A program made the position numbers and the translations under genes. 64,000 nt of DNA from Gnetum montanum (lineage: Eukaryota > Plantae > Gnetophyta). The DNA is taken from the NCBI GenBank assembly GCA_015680685.1, contig MNCI01002357.1:175926-239925 (forward strand), read 5' to 3'. Of the stretch, positions 23,269-34,978 are shown one piece after another (positions within the stretch are counted from its first letter, which is position 1; each line of letters begins with the position of its first letter). The notes under the pieces were generated by a model. That model was not told the origin of the DNA and did not search any database. It worked only from the letters and a program-made list of their open reading frames with translations.

Positions 23269-26200
23269 GTAAGGACATTTTTCATCATCCAACTATGTGA
23301 TCACAACTTCCAAGCCATAATTTGATGCATCCTTGATAATTTGGAAGGTTTTACACTAGTCAAATGCTTGTAGAATTAGAGTTTCTACAAGCTTCTGCTT
23401 GAGGTTCTAGAATGCATTCTCACATTTCTTAGTCCATATGAACAAAGAATCTTTCTTTGTCAACTCTACCAATGTGACTAAGGAATGACTAGATGTCTTT
23501 GATAGTTTTCAACTAGCAGGTAGTTCCTTGGATGATCGTAAGGTTTTTAGGATCCACCTCAATCCCTACTTGTAATTTCCTACATCCCAAAACAACTTTC
23601 CTAGACTATCAAATGGCTATTTTACTAATTGACCAAAAGGTTAGTCTCCACACACCTTTTCAACACTTACTCAAGGTGGTCCACAACTTGCTCAAATATA
23701 GCACCATAAGTGGAGAAGTCATCCATGAAGACTTCCATCCCACTACAAATCTACTATTGAAAGATGCTAATAAGAAGGCATTGGAAGGTTGTAGGGGCAT
23801 TGCACAAACCAAATGACATATTTCTATATGCAAAATTTTCCTAGGGACTTGTGAACGTTATTTTGGCTTAATTTTCTAGTGTAATCTGAATTTTGTTATA
23901 GCCACTATAACCATCTAGAAAGTTGTAGTAGTAATGCNCCACTATAACCATCTAGAAAGATGTAGTAGCAATGCCTAAAGATGATGTCCAACATCTAGTC
24001 CACAAATGGCAATGAAAAATGATCTTTGCAGGTCACCATGTTCAACAACCTAAAGTCAATACAAATCCTCCACTTGTGACCTTTCTTTGGCACAACCAAA
24101 AATGGGCTAACCCACTTGCTATATGCAATTGGATAGATGAACCCCATCTTGAGAAGTTGTTGAATCTCCTCTTTGACAATCTACTTTAATTTGGGGTTTA
24201 ATCACCACTATGTCTACCTCTTTGGCTTTATGGAAGGATTAGTATAGATGCGGTGCTGGCATATCCTAGGATCAATCCCAGTGAGTTTCAGATATGACCA
24301 AGAAAAGGTTGTTGAGCACTTGTTGACCACCTTCAATAGCTTCTCTTTATTTTTAGGAGTAAGGTTGGCATTGATTATCACAAGCTTTCCATTGTTTAGT
24401 AAAGCATATTCCATGACAGCAAGTCGAGTTTTCAACTTTAGGGACTCTTGTTTGAAACTTTTAGGGATTTCCAACTCTCCCCAATTGGTATCATCAAGTT
24501 CATCATTGAAGAGTTGGCAATGAACTTACCTTAGCTCATCCATGCCTTTAACATAGGCACTGATTAGGCTCTTAGTTGATTCCATGCAAATGATTGAGTT
24601 GCTATTAGGATCAACTAGTAGCCACTAGGTGCCCTCCTATTTTGTGGCTATGGCATATAGGCACCTTTGAATTTTGGAGACATCTACATACTACCTACAT
24701 GTTGTGATGGATGTACTTTTTATAAATCATAGTTTCTACACGCCACTACACCCTATATCACTATATGAAATGCATGAAACTCTCTTCTTCTCTATCTTTC
24801 CAAATGCATTTTCCTTAAAAATATCCAAGGAAAGGTCTTTGATTCCCAACCATGCATTAATGATGCTCAACCAAGCCCTTCACATGATGATTGGAAATTT
24901 CTCTTTACCATTATCAACACGGATCACCAGGAAGTCAGTAGTATAGGACCTCCCATAGATGGTGGTCACAATGTCCTTCACTAATCCCAAGGAAATAGTG
25001 ATGGACTAATCTACCAACTCAAGACAGATGTTGCTCTTCTTTAGTGGAGGTAGGTTCTAGGCTTTATACATCTTATGAAAAATCAAATTTACACTAGAAC
25101 TTAAATCCAAAAGAGCCTTGCATGAATCAGTCTCGATGATTTGCAAATAGATTAGGGACTTCCACGATCAGATCTTTTCCTAGGAAGATAACCAACCTTT
25201 TTCTAATCAATTACTACATGGGTCAACATGACAAGATGCACTTTGAGAGACATTTGGTTTGAAGGGGACTCAAATGGTATGGATGCAAAGGATGAAGGAG
25301 AAGCATGGGTATCAACCACATATGTCTATGAAGACTTTGTAGGAATTTTGGTTCAAAAGAATGGTCTTTCTGGGATTTGGTTTCCAAACCACTCAGCTGA
25401 GGAGCTAATTGTAAGTTAACACCCCTGGTAGTGTTATGTTGCTATGGTTGTGTTGGAATTTCACCTTGCATTAATGAAGTAGGTGGTAATTGAGTTAAGA
25501 GTGTAGGGACATATTTAGAAGGATGAGGAGGGTAATGAAAAAATGAGGATTCCCATCTTGGAGATTAGGCTCTATAGTATTCAAGAGGGTAGTAGTGATG
25601 CTAGAATGAAGCATGACTAGCAGAGTCATGCAAAGAAATGGGCTCCTGAACATAGTACCCATATGGATCAGATTGATAGTATGGATACTACTACCTTGGT
25701 GGAGGCATCCCCCATGATTGTGGATGTTGTCATTAATGGTACTACTCATAAGGTTGTGGTGGAGGTCCACTTAGATACTAGGCTTGTTATTGGTGGAATT
25801 GCTTGAGGTTTTCTTGATGATAAGGCAACCTTCTAGATGATTACCTTCTCGCTAATCTAGGATTTAGAGTGTACACCCTAGACTCCTACAAGTGTGAAAA
25901 AATGAGGCAACATTCCTTAGGATGTTCATATTGGTAGATGTCACACCTCTCCATAACCTCCTCTACTACAACAGCCTTGCCCTTACCCCTTTGGTGGACA
26001 TGTTCAACTTCCTTCCTTCACCTGCAATCACGATCACTACTTTGCTCTTTGGATTCCTCTACTATTTTCATGGCAATTTGGAACTTTTAATTTAAAGAAT
26101 TCCATATTTTATCTACCTTGGCCAAAATTTCAAAAATATATTTTTAAATTGGTAAGGGCTTTTTTTGCACCACCTCATCAAGTGGTGCCTCCTCATTCTC

Positions 26201-27887
26201 ACAAAACTAAATTGCCCTTTTTCTAATAGAAGGGTCCTAGTTGTACTCCTCCATACTTTCATATTTTCTCAACTCTCCTTCCTCTTTGATAACCTACTCT
26301 CTTAGCCTTTGGATTTGATGACCCCTTACTTCTAAAAGCCTCCCTTGGGCATAGACCCCAAGAGTTCTTCTCATTTCTATTCACAGACCATCTATGATAT
26401 AGTGGAGCTACCCCCTTTGAGAATAACCATGACCAAGACATCAGTGAAAAAGAGAATAGTGCCTACCCATGGCTACGTGCAAGGATTAATTTATTTCATA
26501 TTTCCAACCTTGGATCTGCTTTCTCAAGTTAGACACATGGGAGTACATTTGATACTTTTTGTTAAAGAGCTTAAGCATCGTACTCCACCTATGAATTAAT
26601 TTTGGCTCCAAGGAATGATACCAACTTTTAGCTTCTTTTAGCAGTGTCATTGGAAAAAAATTTAATTTTTGCCATTCATTCTCCACATTTTGTAAGGCAT
26701 AGGAATTATGAAAGGCTTAAAATGACTTTTTAGATCTAAGTTGTACCCCCTTTCGAACATAGGGATATTATTCATATCCAATCGCTTGATTCTACTAACT
26801 TTCACATGCCTCGTTGGAATTTTTATTGCCTCTATGATGTTTGGCATTTTTTGAGTTGCAAGAAAAGGCTCATCATGGTCATAGCCTCTATGATGACCAT
26901 GATGTCCCCTGCTTCCCCTTCTCTTGTGATGATAGGCCTCCCTTGATTACCCATGTCCTTGATCTCGATTGGTTCGACAAGCCCTAAAATCATCTCTATC
27001 TCATTGATCACCTCCATTATGGTCACATCCTATGTGGCTTTAGTCAAAATTATAGGAGGAAGAAGATGATGATGAAGGAGAAGAGGAAGAAGGACTAGGA
27101 CCACCATGGTGCTTTCCACCTCTTCTACAGTCATGACCATGATCATCATCATGATGCCTATCCTTGTCCCTACCATGAATCCCATCTTTGGATCCTTCAT
27201 GATTATGGAATCCATTCTTGCTTGAACAAGGGTTTTTTACAATGGACTATAAGTTCTAGTTCAAGCCCCCTTCATCAAAACTAAGGGGAGGAGATTCAGT
27301 GAATTGAGAACCCACAAAGAAGGGATCCTCACTATCTTTTTGACCTAGCACGAACAATTTGTTATTGAATCATTTCCCCTTTAAAACATCATAGTGCCTC
27401 TCCTATTGTTGATCTCTTCTACGTTGTGCCTTAGTGGGATGGTAATCCCTGGAGTCCTTGTCCTGCACAACGTATTCAGCATGGAGCCCCTAGATGCCCA
27501 ACCTCATAAGAGTTTAGTGTAACATTGTAGGAACTAATCAATCAGGTAACAAGACAATGTTACCCTCCATGTTCCTCCACTGCATCTATCCATCCTAATG
27601 TAGGATGAAGGTGAAGTCTGGAACATACTCATTGGGATGAGTATATATCACTCTACATTACTAGGGCACTTGCTGATTTGATCATTCATTTCTTTACTGA
27701 TTGGATGTATGCTCAAGTTTTGATGGAGAATCATCCTTTTTAGGAGAAGAAATTTTAGATTGGATGAAAATAATAGTGTTCTATTAATATTATTATTATT
27801 ACTGAGAATGTTTACAACTTTAAGGTTCATTCCAATGATGTTAAATAATTTTCACTAAGTCCTAGATAGTGCACATAGCTAATTAAA

Positions 27888-27906
27888 GTCCTCAACAATA
27901 GCACCA
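27888..27906 (-). promoter_or_regulatory. Decayed tRNA-Asp PBS of A3
   Basis: Minus strand TGGTGCTATTGTTGAGGAC, adjacent to the LTR end TGATGAG at 27908. Confidence 0.75.
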
Positions 27907-27907
27907 A

Positions 27908-28758
27908 TGATGAGAGGTAAGTATAATTATATGAATCACTAATGTCTACTAAGCGATCTGGTCAAATTTTGAAGACTTTAGGTTTCTAAGTAAAATGGTT
28001 CTAGGAGGTGAATCGAACCATTACAATCATTGTCTTCCTAGTTCCGCTTATGAAGGTCAAGTGTATGATTAAGTGTAAGTGAGACATATGATTTTTATCA
28101 TTTGATCTTTTATGAATTAAGTCACCTAAGAATAAGAATTAAGTAATTGAATGCTTATTTGATCTAATAACTAGCTAACACTTAATTAATCCTAACATAA
28201 GCATTCATTCTCACTTTCCATACACATATTAAACACGTAATAGTACCACTAGGTTACCAAGAGTTAAGCGCTACTAGGATTACCAAGCATTAAACGTATG
28301 TTTGAACTGATCATACTTATGTTTGCTATTAAATCAATATTAATTACTTAAAAAATTAAAGTAAATTACATGAATAGTAAATGCATAAAGAAAACATTAT
28401 TCCAAGTGCTACAAGGTTTGATCAAGGAATCTCATCTTTATTACCATTCACACTAAGGTGCTTAGGTATATCAGTGCTCAAATAAAGATGAAGACACTCT
28501 TTGACTCCTACTGCAAACACTCAGAAAATATTCTAACTGTTGGAAGGAAAAACTATAAGTGCTTTGCTACAACTATGGAAAGATTGCCATAAACTTAGGA
28601 GGTAGGTACACATTTATAGGCAAAAATAGGGTGCCCTATCAATGACTACATGTCAATAGGACAAAACTTGCATCGACGAGATCACGTCGATGAGATCTCA
28701 TCAATGGGGTCACATTGACAACATCCTATCGACTCGTCCCAAAAATAATGATTCATCA
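27908..28758 (-). repeat. A3 5' LTR (851 bp)
   Basis: TGATGA...TCATCA termini; homologous to the A2 LTR. Confidence 0.85.
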
Positions 28759-29829
28759 CTATCCAAATAATAAGAATTTATTACAAAGAGTAAAAAATGA
28801 ATAAAAATATGTACATTATTAAGAAAATAAAATTATCATAACATCAAATAATATCACATATCATGACTTAGGGCAATTAGGATAATAGACTTTACCAGTG
28901 GATATCAAGCTATCGATATCTATAAACATTAAGGATAGAAACTTAGCAATCCTAGAATGGGTTATATCAAGAACACCAAGAGGTCGATGTCTCACTAAAA
29001 GAAAAATCAAGGTATATCAATTTTAGTGATATGGTTCAATAAAATTAAAGACAGAACTCAGGTTATCAACATAAATTTCAATTTAATTGATTTAAATTGA
29101 TATGAAATATAATGAATATATTGACCCGTACCAATTAAGTTGATATGATTTGAGCATGAGCAAATTTGATCATAAATTTTGCATCTAAACAATGTAGTTG
29201 TAACATAATTCAATATTTTTATTAAACATTTCAATTCATATAGCTTACATCTATCATAATCGATATGCTTGACATTTTCCCAAATGTCTCAAGGATTATT
29301 AATGCAATTGCGATGTAAGTTGATACGTCAACAAATTGAATGTGTTATATATTGATCCATATTAAGGGATTGATGAAATTTGACCTAAAATGTTACGACT
29401 CACATCAAGCTCATGATGGATATCAATATCATTAAATTGGAAAAAATGAAAAGGTGAATAGTATGGAGACGACTTTACTATACAAGCCATGACCTCATGA
29501 AAAATAAATCACACTTGATCATCTAAAACCCATGGGTTGTGCAAATTATGACCTTCATCTTCTACAGTCAGGGCCTCTATTTTGTTAGATCTACAACATC
29601 TTCTTAGGAGGAACCACAACACAACAAGGAGTGATGTCTTCACATGCATGTTAACCTTCATCGTTGAAACTAAAATTTTCTTTTAGGAGTGGTAAGATAA
29701 GTTTATAGTCTTAACAAAACTTTCCAATCAAGAGAATGATGTTAATCTTATTTCTCTTGTCGTTAGTGAGTATCTTTTCACTATAAATGGCCAAATCATT
29801 AAGCATTAAGTAGTAGGTAAAGGTAAGCA

Positions 29830-32019
29830 TGGGATTTAGGAAAGAAACTACTAATAATTTTAGCATGTTAAATATCTTGTTTGTTTTACAAATGCAAATA
29901 AGTTAACACTTAAAAATTAATCCTTGGCATTATAAGGTCAATTATTCTAAATGGTTGAACTACATGGATGTGATGGTTATGCAACCACTCGAAGTAATGA
30001 GCTATGGGGATTTCATTAGGCCCTCCATTAATTGGTTCATTCAGGAGGAGGTCCTAAAATTCTATTGAAACCTTAAACCACACCTAACAAATGCCAATCC
30101 TCTAGAACACTATTGGTGTCTTCCATTAAGAAGACAAGGGTCAAGGTCATGGAAGTCAAGTTGCAAGAGTGGTTTGGACTTCCAGCCAAGGGGGATGATA
30201 TCTTCATACTGAAGGTAAGCACTATGGATAAGTATGATCACTTCCATTAGTTAATTCAAGAGACTAACCATAGGCATCTTCAGGCATAGGGTTTGCACTT
30301 TGTGAACATCTGGCCTAAACATCGAGTAATGGCAAGGATGATCATCACCAATGTTCTTTCTTCAATGCACACTATTGATCTTTTGATATGTCAAAATGTC
30401 AAGAAAAATGAAGAACAAGCATGTTTGTGTGCTTGTGTGGTTTTTGTATTTGTAGGACTTAGATTATGATAAGAAGGCATGGACAAGGTATAAATACTTA
30501 AAAGCTTAGAGGAAAGCCTTAGCATTGAAAGATTATTTTTAGAGAAGATGTCTTGCAGAAATAATAGATGTCTATCATCAAGTGAACACATCTCCAAGGA
30601 AAAGAAGATGTCTTGATAGAATTGAAGGCAACATAAGAGAAGACGTCTCTGGAAAATAGCAAACACCTTTTTGAACAAAAAAAAATGTCTTTCATGTGAA
30701 GAAGATGTCTTTGCATAATGAAGGTTTGATGCAGAAAAACATCTTAGTCTTGAAGAAGGTGTCTTTCTAGAATGAAGGTCCATTGCAGAAAGACATCTCA
30801 ATCTTGAAGAATACATCTCTAGTGAGCTTTAATTAGTCGTTGCATGAATTTTAAGGTGATTTTAGAAACATCTTGGCTATAAGAAGACTTCATTCTCATT
30901 GGTAAATGTGCAAACATTGTGTACTATCATTGTAATGATTTAGCAATTATTGTAATCATTATTGTTCCTCATTGTACAAACTTTTGTATGTTGTAATTGG
31001 GCAAAAGTGAGTTGTACGTCAAAGTTCAAGGATCAAAAAACTTAGTTGCATTCTTTCCTTATGATTGTTATTCTCTATTGTTGCCCTGTGGGGTTGATGT
31101 GCTTTTTAAGATCCTATGGAATTGAATGTTGGTGTAGTGCAACAACACTCCAAAGCGAAGCTTAAGTTTTAAAGGTTATGGGATCCTAGAAACCACATTC
31201 TAAGCTTGTTGGGACCTTTTGAGGTTGAGTGGATTCATAGCATTGAATCAATCTAGAGAGAGCTTAGAGCTTGTACAAGGTGTGGTACCCTTAAAACCAT
31301 AATTGAAAGCAACAAAGTCCAGAGGTATGCATGTGAACTACCCTCTTAGTGTGGACTGCCCAATTTGGGAAACCATGTTAATTTTGATGTGTGTTTTTCT
31401 ATACATAATTCTTAATTTAGGGAACTTATTCATCCCCTCCTACTAAGTTCAACAATCCTCACACACCACGTATGTGCTTAGCCCTGCACTCCATGTTATG
31501 AAGGCATTAAAGTATGGGGAGGAAGCAAATTTTGCTTACTTCTTGATTAGGTATTTGATATATCATTATAATAATGATTCCTTGAAGTTGTGCTTTCCTT
31601 TCCTCATTTAAGAAATTCTACATAAGTGTGGCATTACCAGGCTCCACATGGGAACAAAGGTACACCTTTTAATTCTAAAAAAGAACACCTTTTCCCATTC
31701 TCTAAATATCTACATGAATGTTGGCCTGTTCATTAAGGAATTGAAGGAAATAGGTTCTTCATTAATGCCTAAGATTAGTGAAATTGAAGGGTTTCGAGAT
31801 GAAGTCTGATCCTAGCTTCTAGAGGTCCACTCCACACAGTGGAAGATTTTAATGATGCTTGAGAAGGTCAACTCAACTCTCACCACCATGGACAAGAGGA
31901 TGGTAGACATTAAGAAACATGTCTACCCTTAAATTCATGTTGATGATGAAGGGGCTCAAGGGGTTGAGCCCTCTTATTTTGAAGAGGACATAGAAGTCAA
32001 AGTAGATTCAAAGGTTTAA
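29830..32019 (+). pseudogene. D2 env-like 3' ORF, interrupted by insert F
   Basis: HRVMARMIITNVL / HTTYVLSPALHVMKALKYGEEANFAY, homologous to the D ORF at 48670-48921. TATA CTATAAAT near 29782. Start approximate. Confidence 0.78.
30373..31454 (+). mobile_element. Solo-LTR-like insert F
   Basis: TATTG (decayed TGTTG)...CAACA termini. 3' end ATTCATCCCCTCC...CAACA, TATA-like GCTATAAG near 30877. Splits the D2 ORF; no clean TSD. Confidence 0.72.
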
Positions 32020-32356
32020 TATAGGCCTCAAATTTAGTTTTATTTGTTTTAACTGAATGGTTGTATAGACATTATGGTGACAATGAACAAGTTTAAGTTT
32101 TTTTTATTATTAAACTTTGATGCTGGACAGATAATGTCAATGATCTTTTTGTTGTTTATATGTGCATATATAATTCAAATGTTATAACTTTTTGGTTACA
32201 TAATGATATTATGAATGAAGCCATAGTGTGTTCACTATAGCTTTACTTTGTTTTTTTCAGCTATGTATGTTATATATAATAATGATTTTTCTTTTCTATC
32301 TTTTGTTTATTTTCACCTTTATGACCAAGCACTAGCCAAAGGCTAGTTAAGGGTTG

Positions 32357-33085
32357 TGTTAAACCCAAAAATGCTCTAGTTTCTAACATTATAAAGTTTT
32401 ATTTTTATTTTTTTATAATTTTAATTTATTGAAGATAATTAATTTTGTTAATGTAAATTGATAGATATTAATTTCTCTTTTAAGTTTATTGTATCGCAAG
32501 AAATCATAAAAGTGATGAAAATTAACATCGATTATATCAATACTCATAGAGGTAGTGATACGGATTGATAACGTAGATTTTAGTAGAGTAAACATCTCAT
32601 GGAGAAATCAAGATATCGATTTGAGTGGAAGGAAAATCTAAATTAAAGATCGAAGATGCCAGAATTAGTGATATATTCTAATAAGGTTTGAATCGATTGG
32701 TATCAAATCCTTTGATACCAATCGATTCACAAAATGATTATTTTTCTAATTATTGTAAATCCTCTTCAATATAAANTCCTTTCTAATCTTCTATGTTCAT
32801 AATAAATCTATGTATTTTTAATTTGGTTCAATCAATTATTTACATCACTGAACTTAATGTTAGAAGCTAAGGTGAGGCTTTTTGATTTTACTTATGAGTG
32901 ACAATCATAAATGTGGAGTTATCAATTGAATTCAGATCTAATTATTATTTGTCTTGATGATCTTTTTGACTTTGGAACCATTCCTCCATGGATACAACTC
33001 ACAAGTTAGTCACAAACAAGGTGATAATGTTATAATGAAGTTAATTATTAAGATAATTTAGCACCAAACTTTGGTTGGCTTGTCA
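32357..33085 (+). repeat. D2 3' LTR (contains an assembly n at 32776)
   Basis: Starts TGTT after GCTAGTTAAGGGTTG and ends TTGTCA, as in the D LTRs. Confidence 0.8.
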
Positions 33086-34978
33086 CTTAGGTATTTTAAT
33101 TTTTGAATGGCCTCTTGTCTATGATGACTCTTCTCAAATTTTTTCTTGTTCATGAACTACATTAAAGACCAATCCATGATAGAAGTATCATTGTTCACCT
33201 TGTAAGAATGGCTTTCCTTCTTCCATCATACAAGTGTCATGTCTTCCAATTTGGTTTTAGCATATGATACCTTTTGATGATTTTATACATCTTCAAGTTC
33301 AAAGTACTTATTAATCATTTTCAACCAAGAGAGAAAAGATTTAGTTCCTTCCAGTTCATTAAAGGATTTCACTTCAATATGAGGCATCCTTGAAGCATGT
33401 CTAAAAGCTTTTGAAAAAGTGACTTTAATTACTTTACCTTGCTTCCTTTGAGACTTAGAAGAAAGTTTCTTTTTCTCTTTCTTTGGAAAAATAAACCCTT
33501 GTGACTTATTCTCAATACTAGAAGCATGAGAATAGGCATCATCTTGATCCTCAACATCTTCAAGGTCTTCATTTCCAAAAGGAAGGTCATCTTCAAGAAA
33601 TGGAATAGAGAATATCTTGAATAATATCCTGGTAAAGAAGAATTCAAGTCATTTCCTTACCTAGATGCTTTTGGTAAAGTAGCATGTCCTTTGTTCTCTT
33701 CAATCTTTTTAAGTTTCTTAACAATGAGCTTGAGAGTATTTCTCATGTCATCCATGTCTCGTAAGAAAACTTGAACTATCTTCTCCTTTGGAGACATGAA
33801 CAAAATTGATCTAAACGGGAATTTTCAAAAAATACTACAATGAAAGGTAAAATATTCAAGATTTCTTAATGAATGAAATAAGAAATAATAAATTATTAAG
33901 AAAAATGAGTGTAATATCTTGAAACCCTAACTATTACAAGTTAATGGATGTCCAATTCTACAATTATCTTTAAATTCTTGAAAGATATGATAAACCTAGT
34001 GATTCAAGGAAAATTGTAAAATCCTATGATAAGTGGAACAAGTAGCAAGAGAGAATTCACTCAAGCTTAAGAATTTGACATGATTCTTTGCAATTGAGAT
34101 GAGAATTATCCACTTGAATATAATTTCCTTCAATTCAAATCTTCTCTAATACCAATATGAAGAAGAGCTTCCATGAATTCCATAATTCAAGTTATCTTAA
34201 TTAAAAAATAATAATAAAATTATATAATAAAGGAAAAGTAAAAGCTTTATTATTTCTTAAATGGAGAAATTATAGCTGAAAGAAAGAACACACTCCCAAA
34301 TATAGACAAGAGATTTAATACAATTTTCACAAGACTCTTAAAAGAAGAATTACACTCAAAAAAGTATTATGGCCAAGGTAATTGACTAAGACTCTTTCTC
34401 TTTCTCTCTTAACTCTTCACTTACTCCCTAGAGTCTCTCTTACTCTGTCTAGACTCTCTTACCCAAATTCAAGGCTTAAGAGGTCTATTTATACTTTTAC
34501 CCCATTATCTCTTCATCTTTCATACTTTGAAATTCATAAGTTTTAGTTATTAAAATCTATATCACAATGCCTCATGGTTGGGAAAGATGTCTTTGGAATG
34601 TGAGGAATATCTTTACCAAAACTAGGCAATCTTTAGTAGAGACATTCTTTAGGAAAGAGAGATATATATAGTTGATCAAAAATGTCTCTGAGTAGACATC
34701 TTTGAAGTGGTGGAGACATCTTCAAGCTAGGATAAATGTCTATCTTCCAGTGGAGAAATCTATATAGACAAGTCAAAATTCTCAAAAAAATCTCCACTAA
34801 CTTCCAAAACCTACAAAACTCATGGAAAGAAGTCCCAAACATCTCCATATATGTTAAAACACCCTGCAATCATCATCAACAAGACAAACACAAAAGACAC
34901 ACACATATACATAAACAAGCAAGAAGTTCATGAACACATTGAGGATTGTACATGGGTTGGGTGATGTCCTTATTAACA
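33086..34978 (-). mobile_element. Element G: CRM/chromovirus-like 5' fragment (LTR 34158-34978, tRNA-iMet PBS 34144-34154, partial gag)
   Basis: Minus-strand PBS TGGTATTAGAG (decayed TGGTATCAGAG). Gag remnant SFLSWLKMINKYFELEDV..KVSYAKTKLE resembles CRM-type gag. Cut by D2; inserted in the A4 LTR. Confidence 0.72.

Larger units (their letters stand above)
23269..28758 (-). mobile_element. Athila family A copy A3: 5' LTR, PBS, gag-PROT-RT-partial RH, cut by element B
   Basis: Colinear with A1/A2 (IPTRHVKVSRIKRLDMNNIPMFERGYN; GIDPRICQHRIY). RH DASNYG near 23315-23330. Confidence 0.9.
28759..33085 (+). mobile_element. Athila family D copy D2: 3' part only (spacer, env-like ORF, 3' LTR)
   Basis: Reverse-complement homology to 47104-50525 of element D. 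Interrupted by A3 on the left and by F internally. Confidence 0.85.

Noticed and set aside
23902-23974. 36-bp near-duplication in A3 RT
   Set aside because: It flanks an n at 23938; most likely a contig-join artefact.
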